A stretch of DNA of 64,000 bases, from contig NW_026866822.1 in the NCBI RefSeq assembly GCF_026571515.1, positions 62,001-126,000 of the forward strand, read 5' to 3'. The stretch comes from Ruditapes philippinarum (taxonomy: Eukaryota). Position numbers and translations under genes: made by a program. Below the pieces are notes generated by a model. That model did no database searches. It was not told the origin of the DNA and saw only the letters and a program-made list of their open reading frames with translations. Of the stretch, positions 1-12,500 are shown one piece after another (within the stretch, counting starts at the first letter, position 1; every line of letters starts with the position of its first letter).

Positions 1-698
1 TTTCAATTTCAAAGTAATAGTGACCTTGACCTTTGACCTTGTGACCCCAAAATCAAGAGGGGTCTTCTGCCCAATATAGACAATCATCCTATGAAGTTTG
101 AACACTGTGGGCCAAATGGAACTTAAGTTATGCTCCAGAAACTGTTTTCAGTTTTAAGGTCATAGTGACCTTGACCTTTGACCTTGTGACCCCAAAATCA
201 ATAGGGGTCTTCTACCCAATATGGACAATCATCCTATGAAGTTTGAACACTGTGGGGCAAATGGGACTTAAGTTATGCTCCGGAAACTGTTTTCAGTTTT
301 AAGGTCATAGTGACCTTGACCTTTGACCTTGTGACCCCAAAATCAATAGGGGTCTTCTACTCAATATGGACAACCATCCTATGAAGTTTGAATATTGTGG
401 GCCAAATGGAATTGAAGTTATGCTCCGGAAACCAAATTGCTAACGGACGGACGGACAGACGGACGGACGTTCTCACAGGACAGAAATTATGTGGCTACTC
501 TATTGTTCTCTCTATTGTTCTTTTTAGCCACACAAAAGAAAATAGCCACATAAAAGCATTACAGAATGAATGACATCAAAGAGAAAGAACAGTTACCTAT
601 TGTCCCTCTAGCCACATACTGTCCTGTGAGTGCGGACAGACAGACAGACGGACGGAAGGACGCCAGGGGGTATAACAGAATATGCCCGAAATGGGGGA
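1..698 (-). mobile_element. Helentron/HINE-like non-autonomous element with ~145-bp tandem units and (GACG/GACA)n microsatellite; runs off window start
   Basis: Units starting TAGTGACCTTGACCTTTGACCTTGTGACCCC at 18, 163, 308; microsatellite at 444-469 and 633-660; same architecture as 13651-14812 in opposite orientation. Confidence 0.75.
470..632. mobile_element. Short TIR element (MITE, CACT-like terminus) inserted in the HINE microsatellite
   Basis: CTCACAGGACAG..ATGTGGCTA (472-498) is inverted to TAGCCACATACTGTCCTGTGAG (609-630); CG on both flanks; interrupts (GACG)n. Confidence 0.6.
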
Positions 699-1174
699 CA
701 GTGGTGGATTATCTTCCCTTGATAAAAACTGATGTTAACCAAAATGTAAGTAGGTCTAAATATTTGGAATCCTTTGCTTTTATTGTTGAGTTTTATGTAA
801 GACAGGTTGATATGTCTTACTCAATTATTTCCACATGCATCAACAAATATGTAAACCTTAAGAAAAAAATGTTTCATTTATGTCAACAGATTCTATATCT
901 TATCGCAATATTTAATCTGATTTTTATAAATGATCATAATTAGCCCTAAGTTATTTATTTTGCTACAAAGAAATAGGCGATAAAGTCCAAGTAATCCAAT
1001 AGCTTAGGACCTATCTATTTATAGGGAGTACTCAGGGGAGGTTATTCACTATTTTCACTCATTCTTTCGGGCATATAACAAAAGAGTCATTGTAGATCCT
1101 TATGCTTCATCTTAGGAAATCAAGTAATCACAAAGTGACAGGGTGGCTGAGTGGTTAACGTTTTGAGACTAGTA

Positions 1175-1296
1175 AAGCTTTATTGGTGGAGGAAGACCTC
1201 AGGTGCCTTTCTGTGCATTATTAAATGCACAAACTGGCACCAGAGTAGAACCACCGATGTTCCCTTAGTTAGCTGTATAGCTTCCTGACATGAAAT
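1175..1296 (-). mobile_element. Partial tRNA-derived SINE, same family as 12531-12795
   Basis: Reverse complement of the body of the 12531 SINE (TGGTGGAGGAAGACCTCAGGTGCC...GAGTAGAACCACC...TAGCTTCCTGACATGAAA). Confidence 0.7.
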
Positions 1297-1473
1297 AATC
1301 AAAAGTCCAATTAAGCTCTGCTGTAACAACATTGGTCATGATAATAAACTTACAAGTATACGCTATACAATATAAATTATATGACAAAAAAGTATCTGAA
1401 ACATCTAGGAGGTGAAACATATAGGGCCGAAACGTCCAGGGGACTGAAACGTCCTGGTTAAGAGTCCTGAAAT

Positions 1474-2087
1474 CATGCCACCGGTGCACGAAATACCCAA
1501 ATATACCCAAATACACCCAAATTTAACAATATTTATTTTTGTGTGTATAAAATATAGATTATAATGAGAAATAAATAAATATTTATAAAATAATATGACT
1601 TAGCCTGCTTTAACTTTCATTCATTCCGTTGAAATGGGCAATTAAGATATGTAAGAAAATAAAGTTGTGACATTTGCTTATCTACTATATAGGTTCTTTT
1701 TGAATGTACTTGCAATTTTAAATCAACATATGATATTTGTTGTCTACAATTACATTTTTAAGGTGTAATTTTGTTAAAATTTCAAATCATATACAAATGT
1801 CCATGTTATTTAAAAAAAATAATAGCTTTAATTTTGGTTCAAAACACAATGATAGGAAATGTATGTTCAAAACACAATGATAGGAAATGTATATTTGGGT
1901 ATGTTTGATTATATCTTAATAGTGAAAGTGTATATTGTATTCATGATTAAAACAGCACTTTTTTAGTATAAACATTTAATTTCTGTATAATTGGGCAATA
2001 TTTGGGTATATTAAGGCAACGTTTGGGTATATTTGGGCAATATTTGGGTGTATTTCCGTATATTTGGGTATTTCGTGCTGCCCCATG
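1474..2087. mobile_element. MITE-like element with inverted ends and ATACCCAAAT subterminal repeats
   Basis: GCACGAAATACCCAAATATAC (1486-) is inverted to GTATATTTGGGTATTTCGTGC (-2078); AT-rich interior with a 28-bp direct duplication near 1837-1893; no clear TSD. Confidence 0.6.
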
Positions 2088-2203
2088 CTACTGCTAATTT
2101 GATCTTGATATTGCTTTTTTAAACAGTGTTAAAATTTAAATCTTCCAGATTGCCAAACGTCATATGGAGTGGTATGACAATCTGAGTTAAATACTCTACT
2201 TAC

Positions 2204-2360
2204 ATACTGTTGTCAAAATAGCAGCACAACTGTATTTCATATCATTTTTAGAGTCTACAAATGTTGGTCTTGAAGCAGTTTCTTTAGGGGGTGGCGGTGC
2301 CAAATATCTTAATTTTTCTTTCTTGTCTTCTTTCTTATCGGGTAATTTCGAAGGATCCAT
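2204..2360 (-). CDS. Putative first coding exon of an unidentified gene (MDPSKLPDKKEDKKEKLRYLAPPPPKETASRPTFVDSKNDMKYSCAAILTTV...); remaining exons not found, probably outside the window
   Basis: Open frame from ATG at 2360 to a GTAAGT donor at 2203; coding-like composition within AT-rich flanks; candidate non-coding leader exon ending at a GAG|GTACGT donor near 5980, divergent from NOP16. Confidence 0.5.
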
Positions 2361-2870
2361 GTCGTACTGTTATTACATAGAAATCTATCTTAAAGCTTGA
2401 AAATAGTTTATTTGTTATACAGGCTAACATTGGAAAAATCTTCTTGCTTGATTGAAATTTAGTAGTAAGGAAACTGCACAGTAATACACGGAAGGAGCCT
2501 TATTTTGACAAAAGAATCGAAAGAAAATTTAAGAAAAATACATCTCATTAAGTGTTTTTTACATGGATGCAGAACTTAATTCAGCATAAATCTTGACTAT
2601 TACAGCATTTTAAAGGTGGAAGCATTTTGTGAAAGCATCATCAGATCAGATCTACGAAATATTTGATCGATTAAAAACAGTCATTACACACGTATTAATC
2701 AAGTATAACAACAATGACCGCATTTTCATATTTCATTTCTGATTTTAAGAATAAATTTAAAACATGTGAATCATCTTACTTTTCAATTTATGTATTTTCT
2801 CTTTAAAGATTCTGCAGAATTTGATGATTTTGTTAGAAATTCGATATGACGGTTTGAACAAAAATTGGTT

Positions 2871-3420
2871 TACTAATCGACGGTCTCAACAACATCGACG
2901 GTCTCTGACGGTCTCCAAATACCGTGGAAGACCGGTTAGTACACAAATCGACGGTCTCTCGATGAATTGAAAACAATTTTTTAAAAATAATTTATAATCG
3001 GTCAATTAACAATTTTCTTTAACGACGATACTTTATTTATGTCAATATTTAAGGATATTAATAGAAAATATTGTTATGCAGAAATTTACATAAACAAATT
3101 AGCAATGAAATATATTGAAATATACAAATGCTATTAAATTTATCAATTAATATCAAGGTTCTAATATTATTTCTTTTACATCTACTTCATCGATATTATT
3201 ATTAGTAGTAGTACATGTACTTAGTTGTAGTAGTATAATATTGATGATTTAATTAAAAAAAGATATACAGTATATACATTTGTGAGTTAACGCAAATTTG
3301 TTTTTTCTAAAGACCGTTGAAGACCGCCAATGGGATGAGATCGTCGATTTATAGTTACGGTCTCGTGGGATAAGGTTATGTCTCCAAAGACCGTCGATTG
3401 TAGGAGACCACCGATTAGCA
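2871..3420. mobile_element. MITE-like element rich in GACGGTCTC/GAGACCGTC motifs
   Basis: Termini TACTAATCGACGGTCTC ... GAGACCACCGATTAGCA, flanked by GGTT on both sides (possible 4-bp TSD); related fragment at 6374-6459. Confidence 0.55.
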
Positions 3421-3628
3421 GGTTACTATACAAATCGACAGTCTCGTGATTATACATGAATTTAATGGATCATATCATACTGGTTGGGGAGATAACTTCG
3501 GCTGGTTGATAAACTCGGCTTTTTATAATTAAATCGAATTATTAGAATTTTTAATCTAATCAAGCTCACCATCTCATACTATCGCTGGAATTCGACAATA
3601 TCTGGAAATGTTGTCAAGTTTGGTATTG

Positions 3629-4350
3629 TTTGGTTTTATTAACCTGTCAATTACATACTGATTACACGGTCGATGCACACAGTATATTAATCTTCGGTAG
3701 ATGTTCGGTAAGTTCCGTGAGATGTACGCTGTACGATGGAATTTAATTTAATTTGTATCTCTAAACTAAGTGTACTCAGCGTTATAGCGCAATAGGGTAA
3801 ATCACGAGTTTATAATCTGAAGGTGCCACACGTGTTTTAAGTTCGAGGCCGCGTTGGTCCATGTTTTTTTCTTATTAATATTTTCAACATTATTGAATCT
3901 ATATTTGATTATTTTATGTTGTTCGTTTTTTTTATTATGTTTTACTTTACTTTGTTATGTATATACTCTTTTTAAATAACATGTTTTTTAAGAATTCATG
4001 TTTAAAATTAAAACGGAATAAAATCAATAAATGTCTTTTCAATGCCGTAAAACACACTACAAATCTGTTTCATTAAAATATACTGCAAAAATAAAGAAAG
4101 AGTACTAAAACAATGGCAACAGTAAGGATCGAACCACAGACCTCTCAATTATCAGGCATTCTCTTTACCGACTGTCCTATTGTGAATATTAACGAAAACC
4201 TTCACATTCAGCTGGCGTGACTTTCAATCCATGACTAATATACTCCACATGAATTCTCGTAAACTACACGGACCAAACCGAAGTGGGATCGAATATTTAA
4301 ACGAACCCTATAATGTATTCATAATTGACAGGTCAATAAAATCAGACTAT
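3629..4350. mobile_element. TIR element containing two convergent degenerate tRNA-like segments
   Basis: TTTGGTTTTATTAACCTGTCAATTA is inverted to TAATTGACAGGTCAATAAAATCAGA; A/B-box-like motifs at ~3790-3850 (+) and ~4125-4180 (-). Confidence 0.55.
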
Positions 4351-4657
4351 AAGGTATTTAAAAAATAACACACACTTTTATACCTGTTTGTTTACAAAAC
4401 ATGCCTATAAAAAGTACGGGAATCCCATTGTTGTGCGCATGTGCAGCAGATGCTCATTTTGAGGCTCGCACAGGGGTACTTTTATATATTGACCGACTAC
4501 CGGTAACTAAAGCAGACGACGTTTACGTATACATTTTGTAGATGAAATTCTTACTAACTCAAAAAAAAGGCTGATTACACAATTGCAATCTTTAAGTGAA
4601 ATGGATTTAAAGACTGATGTTAAATGCTCCTTTTATATGTTAATGTGTAAGTTGAAT

Positions 4658-5602
4658 GACCTACCTGACCTAATCCTGTTATCCCCTAGTGGGGCAAAGG
4701 GCATCCACAACAGCTCTCCATCTGGGTCGGTTCATTGCTGCTCTTTTTGCTTCTGCCCAGGTGATATTGCAGCTTTTCAACTCAGCTTCTACTGTTCGTC
4801 TCCAGGTGGTTGTTGGTCTGCCTTTTCTTCTTTTACCTTGAGGATTCCAATCCAAAGCTTGCCTTGTGATGTTGTGTTGGGGTCGCCTCAGAATGTGTCC
4901 TATCCAATGCCATTTACGTTTCTTGATGGTGCTTGAAATAGATGACTGGCCTGTTCTATTCCACAGATCTGAATTGCTGATCTTGTTTGGCCATCTGATT
5001 TGTAGGATCTGTCGGAGGCATTTGTTGATGAATACCTGCAAGTCGTGTTCGTTTTTCTTGGTTTGCTTCCAGGTTTCTGATCCATACAAAAGAACTGATT
5101 TGACATTGGTCTCAAAGATTCTCAGTTTGGTCTTTTGTCTGATGTTCTTGTTTTTCCATAACGGTCTGAGGGTCACACAGGCATGCCTGGCTTTCCCAAG
5201 TCTTGATTTGATATCACTGTCAGCTCCTCCATTCTTAGAAACGATACTTCCCAGATATGTAAACTGATTGACGTCTTCGATGGATTGATTGTCTAGTGTG
5301 ATGTCCGAATTGTTCTGGGTATTTATTCTTAAGGACTTGGTTTTAGAGGTGTTGATCTCCAGGCCTGTTGATTTTGCTGTTGTGTAAAGAGCCGATGTTT
5401 TCTGTTGGATCTGCTGGAATTTGTGGGATAGTAGGCTCACATCATCTGCAAAGTCTAGATCTTCAAGCTAGGCAGTGAGTGACAATTGGATGCCTCTTGG
5501 TGGTGTCATGGAGGTTCTCATAATCCAGTCGATGACAACCGAGAAGATAAGAGGTGACAGTAGACAACCCTGGCGTACTCCTGTATGTACACTGAAGGAT
5601 GG
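4658..5602 (-). mobile_element. 5'-truncated RTE-clade non-LTR retrotransposon (RT C-terminal part) with one nonsense codon
   Basis: Translation GVRQGCLLSPLIF...A*LEDLDFADDVSLLSH...FTYLGS...LLYGSETW...WIGHILR...WNPQGKRRKGRP is RTE-type; 11-bp TSD GTAAGTTGAAT at 4647-4657 and 5603-5613; short AGGT(C) tail; in-frame TAG at 5469-5471. Confidence 0.93.
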
Positions 5603-6466
5603 GTAAGTTGAATACCACTAAATTAATTTCTTCTTCACTCTGTTAAGCTAAGCAAAAATAAATCTGAATCATTAATTCTTTTACTACATATTTTGTTATA
5701 CGTAAATAAATGATAATGCATGTGTTTTTACGTAAAAATGATTAATATGTTACAAGTTCGTTGCATATAAATATCGTGTTATCATAGATATTCATGATTA
5801 GTACGAACGTAATGCTCAACAATTTTGGTAACAAATATTTTTATTTGACATAAATGAACAGCAAAGAAATAATAAAACGTCTAAACATGTTATTTTACGT
5901 TTTAACTTACTCATTAAAGAAGAAAAACAAAGAGCCGGAATTATCTACTCGCGCGCGTTAAAAATATCCTTTTTACGTACCTCTTCCAGGGCCTCTCAAA
6001 ATTACCCGTTATGTTTCTAAATATAACTTTTATGGTGATACCGGAAAATCGAAGAGCTGAAGTTTATTATGGTGCAAGATTCATCAGAATACGTTAACAA
6101 ATAAATGAAATATGCCCCCAAAACATTTTTTTGGGGATTGGTTATATAAAAAATACAATTTACAAATAAAAAGATAAAAAGAAAATAAACATATATCATA
6201 AAATAAGCCCGTTAACTTGTTTCAATGAATACTGTATGTACAGCGTGCACAGTACACCAACTTAAAGATATTGAGACGTGTTTGGGAAGCAGACCCCGAC
6301 TGCGTTTCAATTTTGACGCTATTTAACAATTTTCATTTAATCTTTTGAATTCATATCAATTTTGTTTAACCAAGAGACCGACGATTTGTAATCGACTGTC
6401 TCCTCCATTCGATGGTGAAGACCGGAGACCGTCAAAGTCCGGAGACCGTCGATTAGTATCCCAGTT

Positions 6467-6490
6467 TACTTCCGCTTTTATCACACGTGC
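6467..6490 (+). promoter_or_regulatory. NOP16 proximal motifs: ETS-like ACTTCCG and Myc-type E-box CACGTG
   Basis: ACTTCCG at ~6468-6474; CACGTG at 6484-6489 (context CACACGTGCG), 15 nt before the NOP16 ATG. Confidence 0.55.
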
Positions 6491-6504
6491 GAAATTCATA
6501 AATA

Positions 6505-9500
6505 ATGGGTAAACCGACTAAAAAACAATCTAAACGACCATATAACTACAGTAGAAATAGGAAAAATGAATGGAAGAAAACGAAGAAATTACCAGACATT
6601 AAATGGTATTAGCTCTTTCATTCAAAATCTCACTGTCGTACGGCAAATTGATTTTATTTTATAATATTCTGATATTTCATGCTAAATCACGAGAACCAAA
6701 ACAAATAAAGTTTCCTTTTAAAAGGAAAGGCTGGCACAGTTGTGCCTAGCTTAAGGTCTTCAGCATACCCGTTTATATACTATGACATGACGTGAACATG
6801 CCGCATCAGATGAAAAACAAAAATGTTAAATAGCGGCTTATAAAGTTTTGGAAGCCAGAACTAAGTTGTGCCTTCATCCCAACCCTTTAAAATTGTTTTT
6901 TTTTTTTTTTTGGTTTCAATTTATTATCACATTTTTTTTTAATTACAGTTTTTGTATATCATAAAGGGTTTATTTAGTTGTTTTTTTTTTTGGAAAAACG
7001 AATATTTTTTGTCAAAACGATTTGAAATCTATTCTCTATTGTATAAAACTAATCATAGGAACTCGAGAACGGGACCGCACATTTCATTTCCCCTTTTTCG
7101 CAGAGAAATCATTCGTTTGCTTTAAAGACAAGTAAATGCACTAAAATACTTCGTTACGTGGTACCAATAATAAGCATGTATCAACTATGTTACACGATCA
7201 CAAACACGATGCGCTATCTGTAGATCAGCATGTGGCAAAGTTAATGATATGCATAGATTACCTCACCATTGACTTGCGTTCAGTAGATCTAAATATAACT
7301 CGATCATGCGTGATTTGGTAAGCAGGACCACCCTTTGAAGACGGAATACTACTACAGTCACCATTCTCTTTTGTATAAAACTAATACAGACAAAAAGCAA
7401 TTATAAAAGAAACTAACTTTTGCGTCTTGAAAAACAATTGAAACGGAACAATTTCGTTTATAATTTATTACGGTTTAAACCGATAAATCAAGTAAAAATA
7501 GAAATCCTATTTATATCAACAAACTGGGATTACCGAATTAACTAAAATAGCTTAGATTTCCGTAATATTACTTCCTCTGATTCCGCAGTATGACGGAATC
7601 GCCCGAATTGTCACGATTGCAATCGGAACTACATTGGCTATTATCATTAATCCGAAGAGTGACGGAAAAGGCCGAAAAGTTGCGATTGGCTCGATTGCAG
7701 CTGGTTTCCCGTTCAATCATGCACTAACAATTGGAAACAGGAAACCACCTTACCGGAACAAGTTATTCAAAACAAATGGCTTGCAGCCGTGGCTGCAAGC
7801 CAAAATAAACGATAAAAAAAAACGATTAAAGAAATCACATATATAAAAAACATAAGGAAGGCAACAACATTCCCCGACCAACCACTACATTTACAAGGAA
7901 TAATTGTAAAAATGCCTGGAATTTACTTCCGAGCACATTTAATCAACGCAGAAAGAGATACAAGGCGTTTAAGGCGACTATTTTGCCCAAGTCGCCTAGA
8001 AACTTGATCCCTGCATCATTGCAATTATTTTCCATTTAAATAGATGCGTAATTAGCAAGTCTATATTTATTGTGCCCCCAAAAGTGGGGGCATTTAGATT
8101 TATCCTTGTCCATCCGTCCAGGCTATTTAAGAGAAGTAGGCGGCCAGTAGGAGTTCATTCCGTAACAATAGAATAAGGGGCCATGGCTCTCTATTAAACA
8201 AAAGAAAATAACAAAAGAAATGGCCCCTTGGTCCATTTAAGTGGCATGCCCTCCGTCCTTCCGTTTGTCTGTTCTCTTTTGTGTCGCACATAGCTCAAAA
8301 AGTATTTGACCTAGAGTCATGAAACTTTATAGAAATGTTGATCAGCATGTGTTGTTGTGCACCTGGCTATTTTCATGTGGATATATTTAGTATTTTAGAG
8401 TTATTGCCCTTGATTTAGTAAAAATTTACAATTAACAATTTTTTAACTTGTGTCACATGTAACTCAAAAAGTATTTGACCTAGTGTCATGAAACTTTATA
8501 GAAATGTTGATAAGCATGTGTAGTTGTGCACTTGGCTATTTTTGTATATTTAGAGTTATTGCCCCTGACTTAGTAAATATTTGCAACTTTCAACTTGTGT
8601 CACATGTAGCTCAAACAGTATTTGACCTAGAGTCATGAAAATTTACAGGAATGTTGATCAGCATGTGTAGTTGTGCACCTGGGTATTTTCATGTGGATAT
8701 ATGCTTACAGTGATTTTTCTACTTATATAACAGACTCTGAAAAAAGACTTCTTCCCAATTGAAATTTTCTTTAAAATCATGCAGTTTTCCTAAAAATCTG
8801 ATCTTAAACCAGCTTTTTTACTTCCCAAATCAGCAATTTTAGCGATAATTTTTCCCAAAATCAAAAGGCTAAGGCCTCTTCCCAGTAAAGAGAGAAAAAA
8901 CACTGGCTTAGTATTTTTAGAGTTATTACCCTTGACTTCGTAAAAATTTACAATTTTCAACTTGTGTCGCAGGTAACACAAAAAGTATTTGATCTAGTGT
9001 CATGAAACTTTACAGGAATGTTCTGTTTTGTCAGATTTATTGCCCTTGACTTAGTGAAAACTGTTCCATTATGTTGTGTTATTTGTTCCTCGAGTGCTTG
9101 AGTAAGAATCAACCAACTTTACAGGAATAATGATCGTAATCACTGTGAAGCTATGCACCTGGGGTTTTGCATTTGGACTTTTTTTTCAGTTTTGTTAGAG
9201 TAATTGCCCTTGACTTAGTATAAATTTGCAATTTTCAACTCGTTCATGCATAACTGAAAAAATATTTGACCTGTAGGTCTGAACGTTTACAAGAATGTTG
9301 GTCAGCCATGTACTTATGCACCTTAGGTTTTGCTTGTGGATTTATTCAGTATTGTAAAGTTCTTGCCCTTGACTCGATTTTTAGTTTTCAACTGGTGGCA
9401 CATGTAGCCTTCTTGCCCTTGACTCGATTTTTAGTTTTCAACTGGTGGCACATGTAGCCTAAAAATATTTGACCTAAAGTCATAAGATTGACAAAACAGT

Positions 9501-12500
9501 GGAGTGTGATGGCATTTGTGTCCTATGGACACATTTCTATGGTTAGGCCATCCTTAAAAAAATGTTCGTTTGCAGTAACACGACCGACTCACAAAATTTG
9601 CCCCTACTCAAATTTTTTTTTCATGGTCTGGATAAAAAAAAAATTTTTGAATCAGAAAATTATGCCTTGAAGTTGTGCTTTGTTTTGGTTCTTTTAAAGG
9701 TTATTAGAAGAAATAAAGTGTAGGTCTTATTAAATTAGAATTCAGTTATCAATTTATTAATTGTTACCAGATTATCAAAGCATATATTGTCCAGCATTTT
9801 TTGAAATTCCATGTTTATTTGGGAGTACAGTTCAATAAAAAAAAAAAAAAATCGACCTACCTACCCACCTTGAAAATTCTGGGTCGGGTTACTGCAAACA
9901 AACATTTTTTAAAGGATGGCCTTAGGATCTGAATCTCTCAGTTGTCATTTAACTTTGTCCAGATGTACTAATTAGTCCCCTACCGGTTTACCGGAGGGGA
10001 CTTTAGGTTTACCCTCCGTCCGTCCGTCTGTCCGTCCGTCCGTCTGTCTGTCAGTCCGTCCGTCCACAAAACTGGATCCCGCGATAACTTAAAAAGTACT
10101 GAAAATATTTTTATGAAACTTGGTATATGGATAGATTGCAGTATGGAGATTATGCACGTCTTTTTCTTTTCTTCCTATTTTGAAAATTCTGGTTGCTATG
10201 GCAACAAATAGGCTAAAAATATGGCAAATTTTACACATAAACTGGATCCAGTGATAACGCAAAAAGTACTAGAAATATTTTTATGAAACTTGACATATGG
10301 GTAGATGGCAGTCTTGGAATTATGCACGTCTTTTTCTTTCTATGTTGAAAATTCTGGTTGCTATGGCAACAAATAGGCTAAAAATATGGCAAATTTTACA
10401 CATAAACTGGATCCAGTGATAACGCAAAAAGTACTGGAAATATTTTTATGAAACTTGACATATGGGTAGATGGCAGTCTTGAGATTATGCATGTCTTTTT
10501 ATGTTCTTCCTATGTTGAAAATTCTGGTTGCTATGGCAACACATATACTGAAAATATGGCAAATTTTACACATAAACTGAATCCAGTGATAACTCAAAAA
10601 GTACTGGAAAATTTTTTTTATGAAACTTGATTATGGGTAGATAGCAGTCTTGATATTATGCATGTCTTATCTGTTCTTCCTTTTTTGAAAAAATATCAGT
10701 TGCCTTGGCAACAAATAGGCTTAAAACATGGCAAATATAAGAATATTTGTGATAAGTCAAAAAGAGCTGAAAATTTTTATGAAATTGCATCTTTAAGTCA
10801 AGAGTTATCTCCTATTTAAGAATTTTGCTTTTAAAATGTTATATTTTGGTAACAGGGATGTTTCAAATATTAACTTTAGAGTGTCCTTCAGTCCGTCTGT
10901 CTGTCTGTTCATAAAAACTGTTTCCTGTGATCACTTTTAAAGAACTTTTCCAACAAGTTTACTTAAAATAGAGAAAAATTGAAACATAAGTGAATGGCCA
11001 ATGCCCTTCAGAATGTTGATGGGGTTCTAACCGGTAGGGGACTTATGGATTGCTTGCAATACTATGATAATTGCTTGTTGTTAAGAATTTTTCATGGCAG
11101 TAAAATTGCATCAATACACTGGCAGAAGTAAAGTGTTAAGGTGCCAAACTCATTGAACAATTAATCTGTCAACATCTTTAAATAACCCATATAATTATGT
11201 TGTATAATACTGTTTACATATTTTCCCTGAAATTAACCCTCTCATTTTGCTAGTATTGCTGTATATAATCTGCATGGAATAAAAGTTAGTTGCAAAATCC
11301 ATTGAATACATGTATTACATTATTTATTTTAATTTATACATTTTGATTATGGTGAAAAAAAACTGAGTTCTTTGTTGATAATAACTTTTCTTTATATATA
11401 TGGGCCATGTCACGACAATACCAACAAAATGGGTTTGCGACCAGCATGGATCCAGATCAGCCTGCGCATCCGCGCAGTCTGCTGTTCGCTTTCCAACTCT
11501 TTTACAAGTAGCAAAACTGATAGTGAACAGCATGGATCCTGATCAGACTGCGCGGATGCGCAGGCTGGTCTGGATCCATGCTGGTTGTAAACCCATTATG
11601 TTGGTTTTGTTGTGACACAGCTTACAAACTTTTGACTCCTGGCTCTAAACAATTGACTCACAATGCTACCATAAAGTTTTATTTTCAGTCTAATAAATCA
11701 TGTTTGGTCCATTAAAAAATTTCACTTTTCAGGACCTCCTGTCCAGTAAAACTTAGAGGTCTTTCTCATAGACTGCCATTCAACTCGTAGCGCTGGTATG
11801 AAAAATTCTATATCTAACTCTGTTTCAAAGTATGTGATTTTACTGATTTATCACACTGTTATAATTATGTAAATTAAGTATCTAATTCAAAAGATGCTTC
11901 ACTTTTATCATAGTTTTTAATCACAATGAATATTACTTTTCAGTAAAGAGATCAAAGAGTCTTGGGATAGAAGGAAAAGTGTTGCTAAAAATCTAGCTGA
12001 GATGGGATTGAGTGCAAATCCTAATAAAACTATCCACATTAAATCTTCAAAGGTTGGTAATTGATCTATATTTAGAATTTGTGCTGTTGTTTTTTCATTG
12101 TAGTTCATAGTTTAATTTAAATATTACAAAATTACAATAAGGTTGCTTTTGTTTGAAGAAAAATCTGGTTACATATATTAAGGTGGCAAGGTGGTCATTC
12201 TTGTTGTCCATGTAATGTAGCCATAACATTTCTCAAACTGTTAACACTGTCATAATTTATCAACAGGAGATAAAACATGTCACTACACAGGCAATCATGA
12301 ATCTGAAATCTAGATTTGTAGATTTATCTCCCTTTGTTCAACTTAAAATTCTGGTATCAAAATTTTTTATTTAGTAGAAAGTTTTAAAAACTTAGCTTTT
12401 ACTTTATTATCATGACAAAGCACAGTCGTAGCATTACATGACACTATTCTTAAATTAGTATTATGCCTAAGTAGGACCAAAGGTTAAGGGTGAACTGTTG

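Noticed and set aside
388-943. ORFs 388-573 and 566-943
   Set aside because: Translate through HINE microsatellite and MITE sequence; no protein signature.
2204-2360. HIGD2A orthology based on human NOP16 synteny
   Set aside because: No HIG1-family motif visible in the translated exon.
4583-5267. Plus-strand ORFs of 117 and 133 aa
   Set aside because: Antisense shadows of the RTE reading frame.
2871-6459. One large composite transposon spanning the promoter region
   Set aside because: Ends are inverted but there is no shared TSD; the left end already pairs with 3420 via GGTT.
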